From an uncultured Alphaproteobacteria bacterium (GTDB lineage Bacteria > Pseudomonadota > Alphaproteobacteria > MPNO01 > UBA2964), in contig CALSLP010000001.1 in the NCBI GenBank assembly GCA_943787225.1, positions 840,964-904,963 of the forward strand: 64,000 nucleotides of DNA. Reading direction: 5' to 3'. Position 1 is the first letter of the stretch. Each line of letters begins with the position of its first letter. Below are positions 49,759 to 57,688 of the stretch, piece by piece. Below the pieces are notes generated by a model. The model saw only the letters and a program-made list of their open reading frames with translations. It was not told where the DNA came from and ran no database searches. The position numbers and the translations under genes were made by a program.

Positions 49759-50368
49759 CTAGGATTTGTCCATCTCAATGACCTGGCCGACAGCCGGAAC
49801 GCCGCCTTCCTCTCCCCAGCGGGGTGAGGATTCGAGATGCACGCCCAGTTGATCGAGCATGCGCATGCAACTTTGATCGACAACGTCCTGCAGACGTCTT
49901 CGGCCTGTTATAGAACGCGGGTACCGGTGGGAAGATCACCGTACCCAACCGTGTCAGCTTCATCATATTTTCCAGATGACCTGCATGCAGTGGCGTCTCG
50001 CGGACGGCAAGCACCAGTTTGCGGCGTTCCTTGAGAATAACGTCGGCAGCGCGGCTTATAAGATCGCCCGTATTGCCTGACGCGATGTTGGACATGGTCT
50101 TGATGGAACAGGGCGCGACGATCATACCTTCGCTGAAAAACGACCCCGACGAAATGGCCGCGCCGATGTTGCCGGGCGCATGGACTTCATGGGCTAGCTC
50201 ATTAAGACGTCCGGGGTCCACGTCATGTTCCATCTTGAGCGTTAGCTTGGCGGACTGGCTCATCACCAGATGGATTTCCGTGTCCCCTTCGCTACGAAGC
50301 AGCTCCATCAGACGCCAACCAAAAATAGTCCCCGTGGCGCCGGTGATGCCGATGATAATTCTCTTCAT
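49759..50368 (-). pseudogene. ubiX: UbiX-family flavin prenyltransferase with one frameshift near 49900
   Basis: MKRIIIGITGATG...MIVAPCSIKTMSNIA...VRETPLH is intact up to PAFYNRPKT. The family-like C-terminus LQDVVDQSCMRMLDQLGVHLESSPRWGEE...stop then continues in another frame. Confidence 0.8.
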
Positions 50369-50463
50369 GATGGGTTCTCCAAAGGTCGCGGGAAGGATGG
50401 GGATGGCTTACAGGAATACGGGGGCCGCGCCGATGGCAAGACCCCCGTCGTCTGAGCGGCGGA

Positions 50464-50973
50464 TCACATGGTCGGGGGCATGATCACCGTGTCGATGACA
50501 TGGATAACACCGTCGGAGGCGACCACGTCGGCCTTGACCACATTGCGTTGTCATCTTGACGCCCTTCATGGCGTCGACCGAAACCTTACTGCCCTGCACG
50601 GTGGCGACTTTCAGGGACTTGCCGGCGATATCGCTCGCCATGACCTTCCCGGGCAGCACGTGACAGGTGAGGATCGCGGCTAGCTTGCTTTTGTTTTCGG
50701 GCTTGAGCAGGGATTCCAAAGTACCGGCTGGTAGCTTGGCAAAGGCCGCGTCGGTCGGGGCGAAAACCGTAAACGGACCCTTTCCTTTTAGCGTTTTAAC
50801 CAGCCCGGCAGCCTTAACGGTTGCAACGAGGGTGTTGAAAGAGCCAGCCGACACAGCAGTATCGACGATATCTTTCTTATGCTTCCGTGACCGTCTGCGT
50901 TGACAGCGACGGCACCAAACATGAGAGGGAGAGTTACGGCGAATACCGCTATGCGGGAGAGGAAGGTTGACAT
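50464..50973 (-). pseudogene. secreted fasciclin (FAS1) domain protein with at least 2 frameshifts
   Basis: The signal peptide [26 protein letters not shown] (track ORF 50788-50994) is in one frame. The FAS1 core [24 protein letters not shown]...[11 protein letters not shown] is in another. The C-terminus [25 protein letters not shown] is in a third. Confidence 0.75.
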
Positions 50974-51096
50974 ACTTGAAAGCTCCTTGAGCATAAATGT
51001 GAATGTTGCTTTTGCGTTCTCGGTCGAACCCGCCGCTCGAGCAGATCAAAACCATATCACATCGATCACTCTGCAGTCTCGTCCGTTAACAGTTGA

Positions 51097-51122
51097 TACG
51101 GCGTCGCTCCACTTCCAGATCA
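51097..51122 (-). promoter_or_regulatory. ECF sigma-E-type promoter candidate (TGATCT-N16-CGTA) upstream of fasciclin / ubiX / folE
   Basis: Minus strand reads TGATCT ggaagtggagcgacgc CGTA. Confidence 0.55.
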
Positions 51123-51294
51123 TATGTTGTCAAAAAATTCTGCCACGCAGCCGACTCAACGATCCGCTAGCTCGCCGATTTGATAATAATAAATGAAGCC
51201 GCTCGCGAGTTGTACAGCGTGTCTGCGAGGCGTGAGCTCTGGGCTCAGGAAACGGCAAAGAACACTGAACTGCTTTAGGACGATCGCTTTCCCG

Positions 51295-51783
51295 TCACTG
51301 GGTTTCGCAATAGTCAAGCAACGCCTTTACCATTCCCACGTAACCGGTACATCGACACAAATGTCCAGACAACATATCGCGGATCTCTTCTTCGGTGGGG
51401 CGAGGATTTTCTCTCAAGAATGCGGTCAATGACATCAGTATTCCTGGTGTGCAGTAACCACATTGCAGAGCGTGATGCTTTCTGCAGGCCTTTGCGCAGA
51501 TCCGAGAGCTCGCCTTTTTCATCTGCTAAGCTCCCCGACGTTTCGATCGTGCATCCATCTGCTTGAACGGCCAATGTCAGGCAAGCTCTTGCTATCTCGC
51601 CATAATGAGAAGCGTGCATGCCCCACAAACCCCGTGCTCGCAGCCAACATGGCAGGTCGTTATGCCAATTTCATGAGTGAGAAAATCAGTCAGCAGCATC
51701 CGGGGTTCGGCGTGGCCGGAAACCTTTTGCCCATTGAGAATAAATGAAACGGGGTGGAGGGCGTTTTTCTGAAGGACTGCCAT
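51295..51783 (-). pseudogene. (2Fe-2S)-binding protein, CoxS / aldehyde-oxidase small-subunit type, with 2 frameshifts and no partner subunits
   Basis: MAVLQKNALHPVSFILNGQKV...CHVGCEHGVCGACTLL (end of track ORF 51592-52206). This is followed by ACLTLAVQADGCTIETS (ORF 51314-51628), and then [13 protein letters not shown]...HLCRCTGY (ORF 51295-51522). Confidence 0.75.
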
Positions 51784-51818
51784 GTGATCTAAATGAACCT
51801 GCGGATGAACTTTTAAAT

Positions 51819-51844
51819 TACGTTCCCCGCTTCGCCGTGGATCA
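51819..51844 (-). promoter_or_regulatory. ECF sigma-E-type promoter candidate (TGATCC-N16-CGTA) upstream of the 2Fe-2S protein gene
   Basis: Minus strand reads TGATCC acggcgaagcggggaa CGTA, about 35 nt upstream of ATG 51783. Confidence 0.6.
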
Positions 51845-51918
51845 ACGTTCCGGGGCTTGAACAACAGAAGGCATGGGGCAGCTGTCACGTGCGAAGAAGA
51901 TGATTCCGAGAACAGGCA

Positions 51919-51944
51919 TGATCCATTCGGGAAGCGATGTCGTA
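51919..51944 (+). promoter_or_regulatory. ECF sigma-E-type promoter candidate (TGATCC-N16-CGTA) upstream of the membrane protein / NmrA-like / GNAT unit
   Basis: Plus strand reads TGATCC attcgggaagcgatgt CGTA. It is divergent from the site at 51819-51844. Confidence 0.6.
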
Positions 51945-51982
51945 AACCATATGAACCGCAAACGTCAGACAAGGAGAGGATT

Positions 51983-52276
51983 GTGCGAGACCTTTTTGCT
52001 AGTGTAATGAACGAAAATAAGAACCCGTTACAGAGCCTTCCCAAAATACAGCGATACCAAATCATGGTCATTTTATCGCTCATGTGGAGTACCATTTTTA
52101 GCGTTGCAATTGGCTCTTGGTACTGGTGGGGCGAATTAGTTATCGGCCACGTGGCCGTGGCAACTGGCGTTCTTTTCACCGGATTAACGTTCCGCGCGGC
52201 GCGCAAGAAGACGCATAGGGATATGTATCGCGCTACGGATGGATCGGCGCGTTACGACGATATTTGGGGCGGTTGA
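51983..52276 (+). CDS. small membrane protein (2 TM), hypothetical
   Basis: GTG with an AAGGAGAGG RBS, downstream of the promoter candidate. Reads IMVILSLMWSTIFSVAIGSWYWWGELVIGHVAVATGVLFTGL. The track start at 51857 lies upstream of the predicted transcription start. Confidence 0.5.
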   Translation: MRDLFASVMNENKNPLQSLPKIQRYQIMVILSLMWSTIFSVAIGSWYWWGELVIGHVAVATGVLFTGLTFRAARKKTHRDMYRATDGSARYDDIWGG

Positions 52277-52329
52277 ACACGGTCCGCTTGACATCTTTAG
52301 ACTCAAAGCAAAGGCTCGGCGCTTTGAAA

Positions 52330-52971
52330 ATGGCAAAAGTAATCATCATCGGCGCGAGCCGGGGCATCGGCTTAAAAACCGTAAAGAGCGCTTTGGACCT
52401 TGGGCATGACGTTCGGGCCTTTGCCCGAACAATCGATCAGACAGCAATCACGCATCCCAGGCTTGAAAAATTTCAGGGCGACGCGCTTCTCGAGAAAGAT
52501 TTGAAGCGCGGCTTGCGTGGCGTAGACACCGTTATCCAGTGTCTCGGTCTCCCTTTGGGCCCAAAGCTTATTCTTAAACCGACCAATCTTTTCTCGCATG
52601 CAACTCGACTCCTTATAGCCTCAATGGAGCAGTCATCTGCCAAAAAGTTGATCGCTGTAACGGGATTTGGCGCCGGTGACAGCAAGTCGAGCATCAGCTG
52701 TTTCCAAAAGATCCCATTCAGGCTCGTTTTTGGCAGGGCCTATGACGACAAATCCGTTCAAGAAGATCTAATTCGTAAAAGCAACCTGGATTGGATCATC
52801 GCACGACCTGTTGTTTTAACGAATGGACCACGAACAGAACGGTACCGTGTACTCGCTGAACCGAGGGAGTGGAGAAACGGTTTGATTTCTCGCGCTGATG
52901 TCGCTGACTTCCTGGCTCAGCAAATCGATAGTGATGACTATCTCGGAAAGGCGCCGGTTCTCGCTTACTGA
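52330..52971 (+). CDS. NAD(P)H-binding NmrA/SDR-like oxidoreductase
   Basis: MAKVIIIGASRGIGLKTVKSALDLGHDVRAFAR is an atypical SDR/NmrA Rossmann N-terminus. Confidence 0.75.
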   Translation: MAKVIIIGASRGIGLKTVKSALDLGHDVRAFARTIDQTAITHPRLEKFQGDALLEKDLKRGLRGVDTVIQCLGLPLGPKLILKPTNLFSHATRLLIASMEQSSAKKLIAVTGFGAGDSKSSISCFQKIPFRLVFGRAYDDKSVQEDLIRKSNLDWIIARPVVLTNGPRTERYRVLAEPREWRNGLISRADVADFLAQQIDSDDYLGKAPVLAY

Positions 52972-53045
52972 TATTCTTCATCGGCGCCTTGATTCCGCAA
53001 AAACTTTTACATTTATCTTCATTTAAAACACAACGAGAGTGCAAC

Positions 53046-53318
53046 ATGGATGAGCGTTGGCAGTGCGGCGACGGAAATTGCATAACGCCGCATGTTTATG
53101 AAAACTCGATTGTGTTGCGAAACGCAAACACGACGGTCGGATATGCGACGTTCTCTAAAGCCGACGCGTCGCTTGATTACATATTCGTTAACCCTGCCTT
53201 TCGGCGGCAGGGATTAGGTCGACAACTCGTCGCGTTCTGCGAAAAAGAGTGTGGAGCCAAATTGGCGCCCGCTCCACCGATTTCGCCCGTCGGCCAGCTG
53301 TTTTTCTCTGCGATTTAA
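53046..53318 (+). CDS. small GNAT family N-acetyltransferase
   Basis: YIFVNPAFRRQGLGRQLVAFCE is GNAT motif A (Q/RxxGxG/A). Confidence 0.6.
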   Translation: MDERWQCGDGNCITPHVYENSIVLRNANTTVGYATFSKADASLDYIFVNPAFRRQGLGRQLVAFCEKECGAKLAPAPPISPVGQLFFSAI

Positions 53319-53346
53319 GATACCGGCATTTTGCTCCGTTCGTCTG

Positions 53347-53372
53347 TGATCCACCGGATCTGCCGACGCGTA
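53347..53372 (+). promoter_or_regulatory. ECF sigma-E-type promoter candidate (TGATCC-N16-CGTA) upstream of two small hypothetical genes
   Basis: Plus strand reads TGATCC accggatctgccgacg CGTA, about 25 nt upstream of ATG 53398. Confidence 0.6.
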
Positions 53373-53397
53373 TACTAATAAACGGATGGAGCAACCT

Positions 53398-53571
53398 ATG
53401 TTCAAACACCTCTCAAAGCTATTCGATCACGCGGAACTAAGTGGTCTCGTAAACCGTTATGAGCGCCTACGAACGAATGGGGAATTAGCCGAAGCGGAAG
53501 CAATACGAGCGAATATTTCCCATATCCTCGTAAATGGGCGAAAGAACTATCCCTTGAATCCACGGAGGTGA
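53398..53571 (+). CDS. hypothetical 57-aa protein
   Basis: ATG with a GGAG RBS. The track alternative start is 53386. No recognisable family. Confidence 0.4.
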   Translation: MFKHLSKLFDHAELSGLVNRYERLRTNGELAEAEAIRANISHILVNGRKNYPLNPRR

Positions 53572-53600
53572 CTCTTCGTTGATCGAAGATCCGGACCACT

Positions 53601-54023
53601 TTGCCCGCAGAGATATGCATAATGGATCATCACAATCAATCTTTTATAGAACGTGCCTCGAGGCGTATGCGTGCCTTCCTGATCGTGTCGGGGTTAGTGC
53701 TACCTGCGGGCATAATTTCGCCCGCGAAATCCGCTGATCTCGAATGCGCTGCCCGTGATCGCCTTGCGAAGCAGCTTCAGGTAGAATTTTCAGAGCTACC
53801 TACCGGGGTAGGCGTTACATCGGCTGGCACTTTGATAGAACTTTGGAAAGCCGATGGTGGAGAGACATGGACGTTAATGGTGTCATTACCAGACGGCACC
53901 AGTTGTATTGTTGGCTCCGGTAACAATTGGATGCCGATGGCTTCTAAAGGGGCATCAGCCGTTGCACTAGGTATGGCAAAGCTAGTCCCAGAAACTCGTG
54001 TCGACGTAAAGAGCCGGCCCTAA
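53601..54023 (+). CDS. hypothetical secreted protein
   Basis: An internal signal peptide MRAFLIVSGLVLPAGIISPAKSA is followed by a ~100-aa domain containing 2 Cys. No recognisable family. Confidence 0.45.
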   Translation: MPAEICIMDHHNQSFIERASRRMRAFLIVSGLVLPAGIISPAKSADLECAARDRLAKQLQVEFSELPTGVGVTSAGTLIELWKADGGETWTLMVSLPDGTSCIVGSGNNWMPMASKGASAVALGMAKLVPETRVDVKSRP

Positions 54024-54472
54024 TCAGGGTTGCTGCACACTTTTTCATTTAAGCTTACTGCAGAAATAGCCACCGTTTTTAGGGCCTTTGGCGGCCATCT
54101 GCATCTCAAAAGGGAACAATCTTCTCAGATTAGTTTTTTAGTTACCTGTTTTTACTTAATTGATAATTCTACTTTTTGTTTCCCAACACTTTGTTACGTG
54201 CCAAAAAAGCTTATTGCAGGAACAAGATTAAAAAACCCTGCAAACTTAATTTTATGGTTTAATGGTGGATATCCCGTCTGATTCTCGAACTAATCGCTGA
54301 CGAATATCATGAGGTTGTCTGGTCGCGCAGGATCGGTGTTGACCACACTTTGCTGAAGTTCTTCGTCTGTTAATCACATCGCTTCGGCAACATCGCCGTG
54401 ACCATTAGTCATTTCCAATGCACTCCTCATCACTCAGTTGGAGTGTCAATCGGGCAGCACCAGGCCGAATGT

Positions 54473-54943
54473 TTACGGTCGCCCGCGTGGCCCTACCGTA
54501 GCCATTCTTGAAGTATAGTCCCAAGATTGAATGCGGATTGGATCTAGGCGGATCGCGACTTCACCTTCAGCTCGTGCAAGTAACCAACGGGCGAGTCGGC
54601 CTTCCCGGTTCTCCAAATATCGGTCAATCAATCGGACAAGGATTTCCTGCCCGCGATCCGGGCAAATCTTGGCTCGGGCCTGCCCACGAAGGCCACGGTA
54701 TGGCGGCTGATCGGCAGCAACTTCGAAGCCGCATTTCTTATTCGCCGATAAGAATCGAACGACTTTCGCTGCCTTTGAGGTGGCGCACCAAATCACGTTT
54801 TTATCACTCACGAACCAAAGCGATACGACGATCGGAAAACCGCTCGGTGATACGGCCGATAGTCGCAAGGGTATAGCTGTTGCGCACAAAAAGGACTGGG
54901 CTTCGGCGCTGGTCCAAGGGCCGCTCGGCTCCATATGCGTCAC
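54473..54943 (-). CDS. pyridoxamine 5'-phosphate oxidase family (FMN-binding split-barrel) protein
   Basis: IPLRLSAVSPSGFPIVVSLWFVSDKNVIWCAT...YRGLRGQARAKI fits the PNPOx-like fold. Confidence 0.6.
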   Translation of the reverse strand: MTHMEPSGPWTSAEAQSFLCATAIPLRLSAVSPSGFPIVVSLWFVSDKNVIWCATSKAAKVVRFLSANKKCGFEVAADQPPYRGLRGQARAKICPDRGQEILVRLIDRYLENREGRLARWLLARAEGEVAIRLDPIRIQSWDYTSRMATVGPRGRP

Positions 54944-55175
54944 ACCTTCCTCACATCGGTTCTATATTGGGATTCCTCAATTGAGATCCCTAGACGGGGT
55001 TGAGCATGGCTCAAAATCGTTTGGCTGACAAGCGGGCTGGGTTCGGCAACCATGGCCTCGCCAATATCATAGTATGGAACGCCATGCGGGCGTGTCGGCA
55101 CGGTAAGTCGCCGTTCGAGGCAGGCTCCAGACATTCCCGTCCTGTCATTGGCTTTCATCAGCGGGAGCCCGTCGA

Positions 55176-55900
55176 TCATACCCGACATGGCTTCGGTCTG
55201 AGCCGGTCGATACGACGCATGATGTCGGCGAAAAGGTCACGGTGGATGGCGATCTCAGCCACCTAGAACATGACGTAGCGCCCGTGGTGGACGATCTGCG
55301 CGCCGATCTTGATGAGCTTTTCGCGCAGCGTCGTCAGTGACCACTTGTTCACGGTATCGGGCAGCGCGAGCGGCCTCATGAGGTTGCCGAGATTGCGGGC
55401 GAGTGCGTGGAGGTGGAGCCTGACCTCGTTGTTGCGGGACTTCTGGCACGATAGCCGGGTCCACTTGATGGCGTTCTTGCCTTCCTTGATGTGCTGTTCC
55501 GCCGTGCCTCGTTGATTGTAGAAGGCGACGACGCGCTTGGGCGATCGAGACAAATTGGTGAAGGTGAAGCCGACGCGCTGATACAGGTCGCCCGGATGCC
55601 CTCGGACCTTGGCGACCACGCGACGGGGCTTCGTCCAGCTAGCGGTTTGGTAGCTGAAGTTTGCGTGATACCGGCGCACATCGTTCGGTGGCCGGCCGAC
55701 CGGTCGCTTGAGCAGTTGCGCGATGCTGTCCCGGAGCACCTTGTTGGCCGGCAGGCGGATCGTATAACTGAAGGCTTCGGCCTCGAGCAACTTTTACATC
55801 CCGGGTAATGCAAACGCCGCGTCTCTCTGGAAGTGGCGTCGAAACAGCCTGTCTCGGTAACGGGCGACAGCTTCGTCGAGTTCACTGTAGGAGCCTAGAC
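55176..55900 (-). mobile_element. IS1380-family transposase remnant (C-terminal ~240 codons, two in-frame stops, 5' truncated)
   Basis: Reads SELDEAVARYRDRLFRRHFQRDAAFALPGM-TAA(55794-55796)-KLLEAEAFSYTIRLPANKVL...VVAFYNQRGTAEQHIKEGKNAIKWTRLSC...HGRYVMF-TAG(55263-55265)-VAEIAIHRDLFADIMRRIDRLRP. This matches the IS1380 transposase C-terminal half as I recall it. No N-terminal half and no terminal inverted repeats were found. Confidence 0.75.
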
Positions 55901-56118
55901 CCGTGTCGAACGTGACACGGGAGCCATGGAACTCCAGCGTCAATCAGCGGCCGAAATTTGGCCGGATTGGGCGGAGATCCAATTCACCTTCTCGGTTTCG
56001 CATCCAGACCGAACTTCAAATTATCTACTAGGCTGTTACTTAGTTCGGACTTATACCCTATCTGCATTAGATCGATCGGCCACTTAAGAACTGCGGGTCT
56101 TATTGTCCTGGTAGAAGG

Positions 56119-56791
56119 TCAAATTCCTATCATTGGTTGGAAAAGTCGCGGCACCCATTCCTTAAACTTTATGGGCGCATCAGTGATGACCAGGCAGATA
56201 CAGTCTGTTGCCGTGTCTGCTATCGGTTTATGGACGAGTTCTTCATCCACGTCTTCCATATCGCCCGCGCTAAAGAGCGACAATTCATCCTGATAACTAC
56301 CAGAGAGAACGAGCGTCAACTCTCTTCCGCGATGTCCGTGACTGGGGACCGGTTTTCCTGCTTCTAATGCGCAACAGACGTGCACGCGCGCTTTTATCAG
56401 CGGTTTCAATCAAGTGTTGATAAGCCCCGCCGCCAATAGATTTCCATGGGACATCATCCACATCGTGCCCCACATACTCACGAAGGACGCGTGGAAATGT
56501 TGTGCTAACAATCGCGCGTTTATCCAACGAGAGCTGGGTATTCCCGGATGCTGCCTCGCTAGAAGGTTGATCGATTCTGGCAAGAACGTGGTCGAGGGCA
56601 TCCAATGACATCCGTTCGTCAGGCATGTCCGCAAACAGGATGCCACCGATTGTTTCAGCAAGTTCGAGTGTCCTCCGACATTCGGGGCATAATGAGAGGT
56701 GCGATGCTACCGCAAGGCTCCAGGTCTCCGAAAGTGAGCCCGCTGCATAGCTCAGTAGCAGATCGTCATGTGGATGATGGTTTACTGTCAC
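56119..56791 (-). pseudogene. chrR: anti-sigma-E factor ChrR (zinc ASD plus cupin domain), split by a 1-nt insertion near 56355
   Basis: The N-terminal ORF 56297-56791 carries the ZAS motif H-LSL-C-PE-C. The C-terminal ORF 56119-56409 carries the cupin AGKPVPSHGHRGRELTLVLSG. Deleting one base in CGCATTAGAAGCAGG restores LLRIEAGKPVPSHGH. Confidence 0.8.
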
Positions 56792-56821
56792 TGTAAATCT
56801 CCTAGCGCATGGCGCAATTTT

Positions 56822-57370
56822 TCAAAAGATAATCTCAAGACGTGATTTGACCGTCCCAAGGGGAATGCCGATGGCGTCCGATATTTCCTGGTGTGATAGG
56901 CCTTCGATAAACGAAAGCTGGACCACCTCCCGCTGATCTTCGGGCAGATCAGCAATCGAGCGTTTTACGCGCTCGACGATTGTCGATTGCTCCATATTCT
57001 GAAGGGGCGTTGGCGAGTCGTCCGGCACGAGCATTGGGTCATCAGGGTCGAGGGCCGGTCGTTTCTCCTTCCGCAGTCGATCGATCCTCCGGTTTCTCGC
57101 AATGGTAAATATCCACGTGACCGCAGAGGCCTTTTTGGGGTCGAATTGACCTGCTTTACGCCACACCGTAATGAACGTCTCCTGCGTGATTTCTTCAGCT
57201 AACGCAGGATCAGAGCCGATCTTCATCATGTAAGCCTTCACGCGGGGCCCTAATGCCGCAAATAACTTCGCAAAGGCGTCGCGATCTTGTGTCGAGCCAA
57301 CTCGCTCAAGCAGATCGTTTTCGGAAAGCGGCACTTTAATGTTTTCCTCTATGGAAACTTGCCACTTCAT
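56822..57370 (-). CDS. rpoE: ECF sigma-70 family factor, RpoE (ChrR-partnered) type
   Basis: Region 2 is FAKLFAALGPRVKAYMMK...AEEITQETFITVWRKA. Region 4 is LPEDQREVVQLSFIEGLSHQEISDAIGIPLGTVKSRL. Start set at Met 57370, downstream of the predicted transcription start. Confidence 0.85.
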   Translation of the reverse strand: MKWQVSIEENIKVPLSENDLLERVGSTQDRDAFAKLFAALGPRVKAYMMKIGSDPALAEEITQETFITVWRKAGQFDPKKASAVTWIFTIARNRRIDRLRKEKRPALDPDDPMLVPDDSPTPLQNMEQSTIVERVKRSIADLPEDQREVVQLSFIEGLSHQEISDAIGIPLGTVKSRLEIIF

Positions 57371-57474
57371 AACTTCACTGCGAGCTACAGTCAATCCGAT
57401 CACTGCAAGATTTGAAGCGAGCAAGACCCCTGGATGATCTGAATTGGAATGAAGCATGGTTGCCATGTGCGTGC

Positions 57475-57500
57475 TACGCATCTAATTGGCTTTTGGATCA
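57475..57500 (-). promoter_or_regulatory. autoregulatory sigma-E-type promoter candidate (TGATCC-N16-CGTA) upstream of rpoE-chrR
   Basis: Minus strand reads TGATCC aaaagccaattagatg CGTA. Confidence 0.65.
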
Positions 57501-57633
57501 GTTTTATTGCTTAAAGTTGACCCTGAAGGCTTTGCACGCCCAAATGTTAAAATGAGACCTTGGCGAAGGAGATTGCACCGGCCCGATGATGCACCAAACA
57601 CCGCTTAAAACTAGATTCATTTGCAATGTTTAG

Positions 57634-57659
57634 TGATCTAAGTATTTTCGGGCTGCGTA
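57634..57659 (+). promoter_or_regulatory. ECF sigma-E-type promoter candidate (TGATCT-N16-CGTA) upstream of the BoxB-like gene
   Basis: Plus strand reads TGATCT aagtattttcgggctg CGTA, 30 nt upstream of ATG 57689 and divergent from the rpoE promoter. Confidence 0.6.
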
Positions 57660-57688
57660 ATAATCTGGTTCCCTACTTGGAGTACCCC

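Noticed and set aside
51784-52206. The upstream 140 codons of the 204-aa track ORF 51592-52206.
   Set aside because: Only the last 63 codons (from MAVLQKN) resemble a 2Fe-2S protein. The upstream part overlaps the divergent promoter pair and the oppositely oriented membrane-protein gene.
54940-55188. An 82-aa minus-strand ORF between the PNPOx-like gene and the transposase remnant.
   Set aside because: No family resemblance. It begins inside the last codons of the transposase remnant and is probably IS-flank debris. It is left uncalled.
35839-55796. The idea that the in-frame TAA, TAG and TGA codons reflect stop-codon reassignment or programmed read-through.
   Set aside because: All three stop codons are involved and replace different amino acids (Tyr, Glu, Gln, Ser). 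Neighbouring intact genes terminate normally at the same codons. Frameshifts co-occur in the same genes. Decay or error is the simpler explanation.
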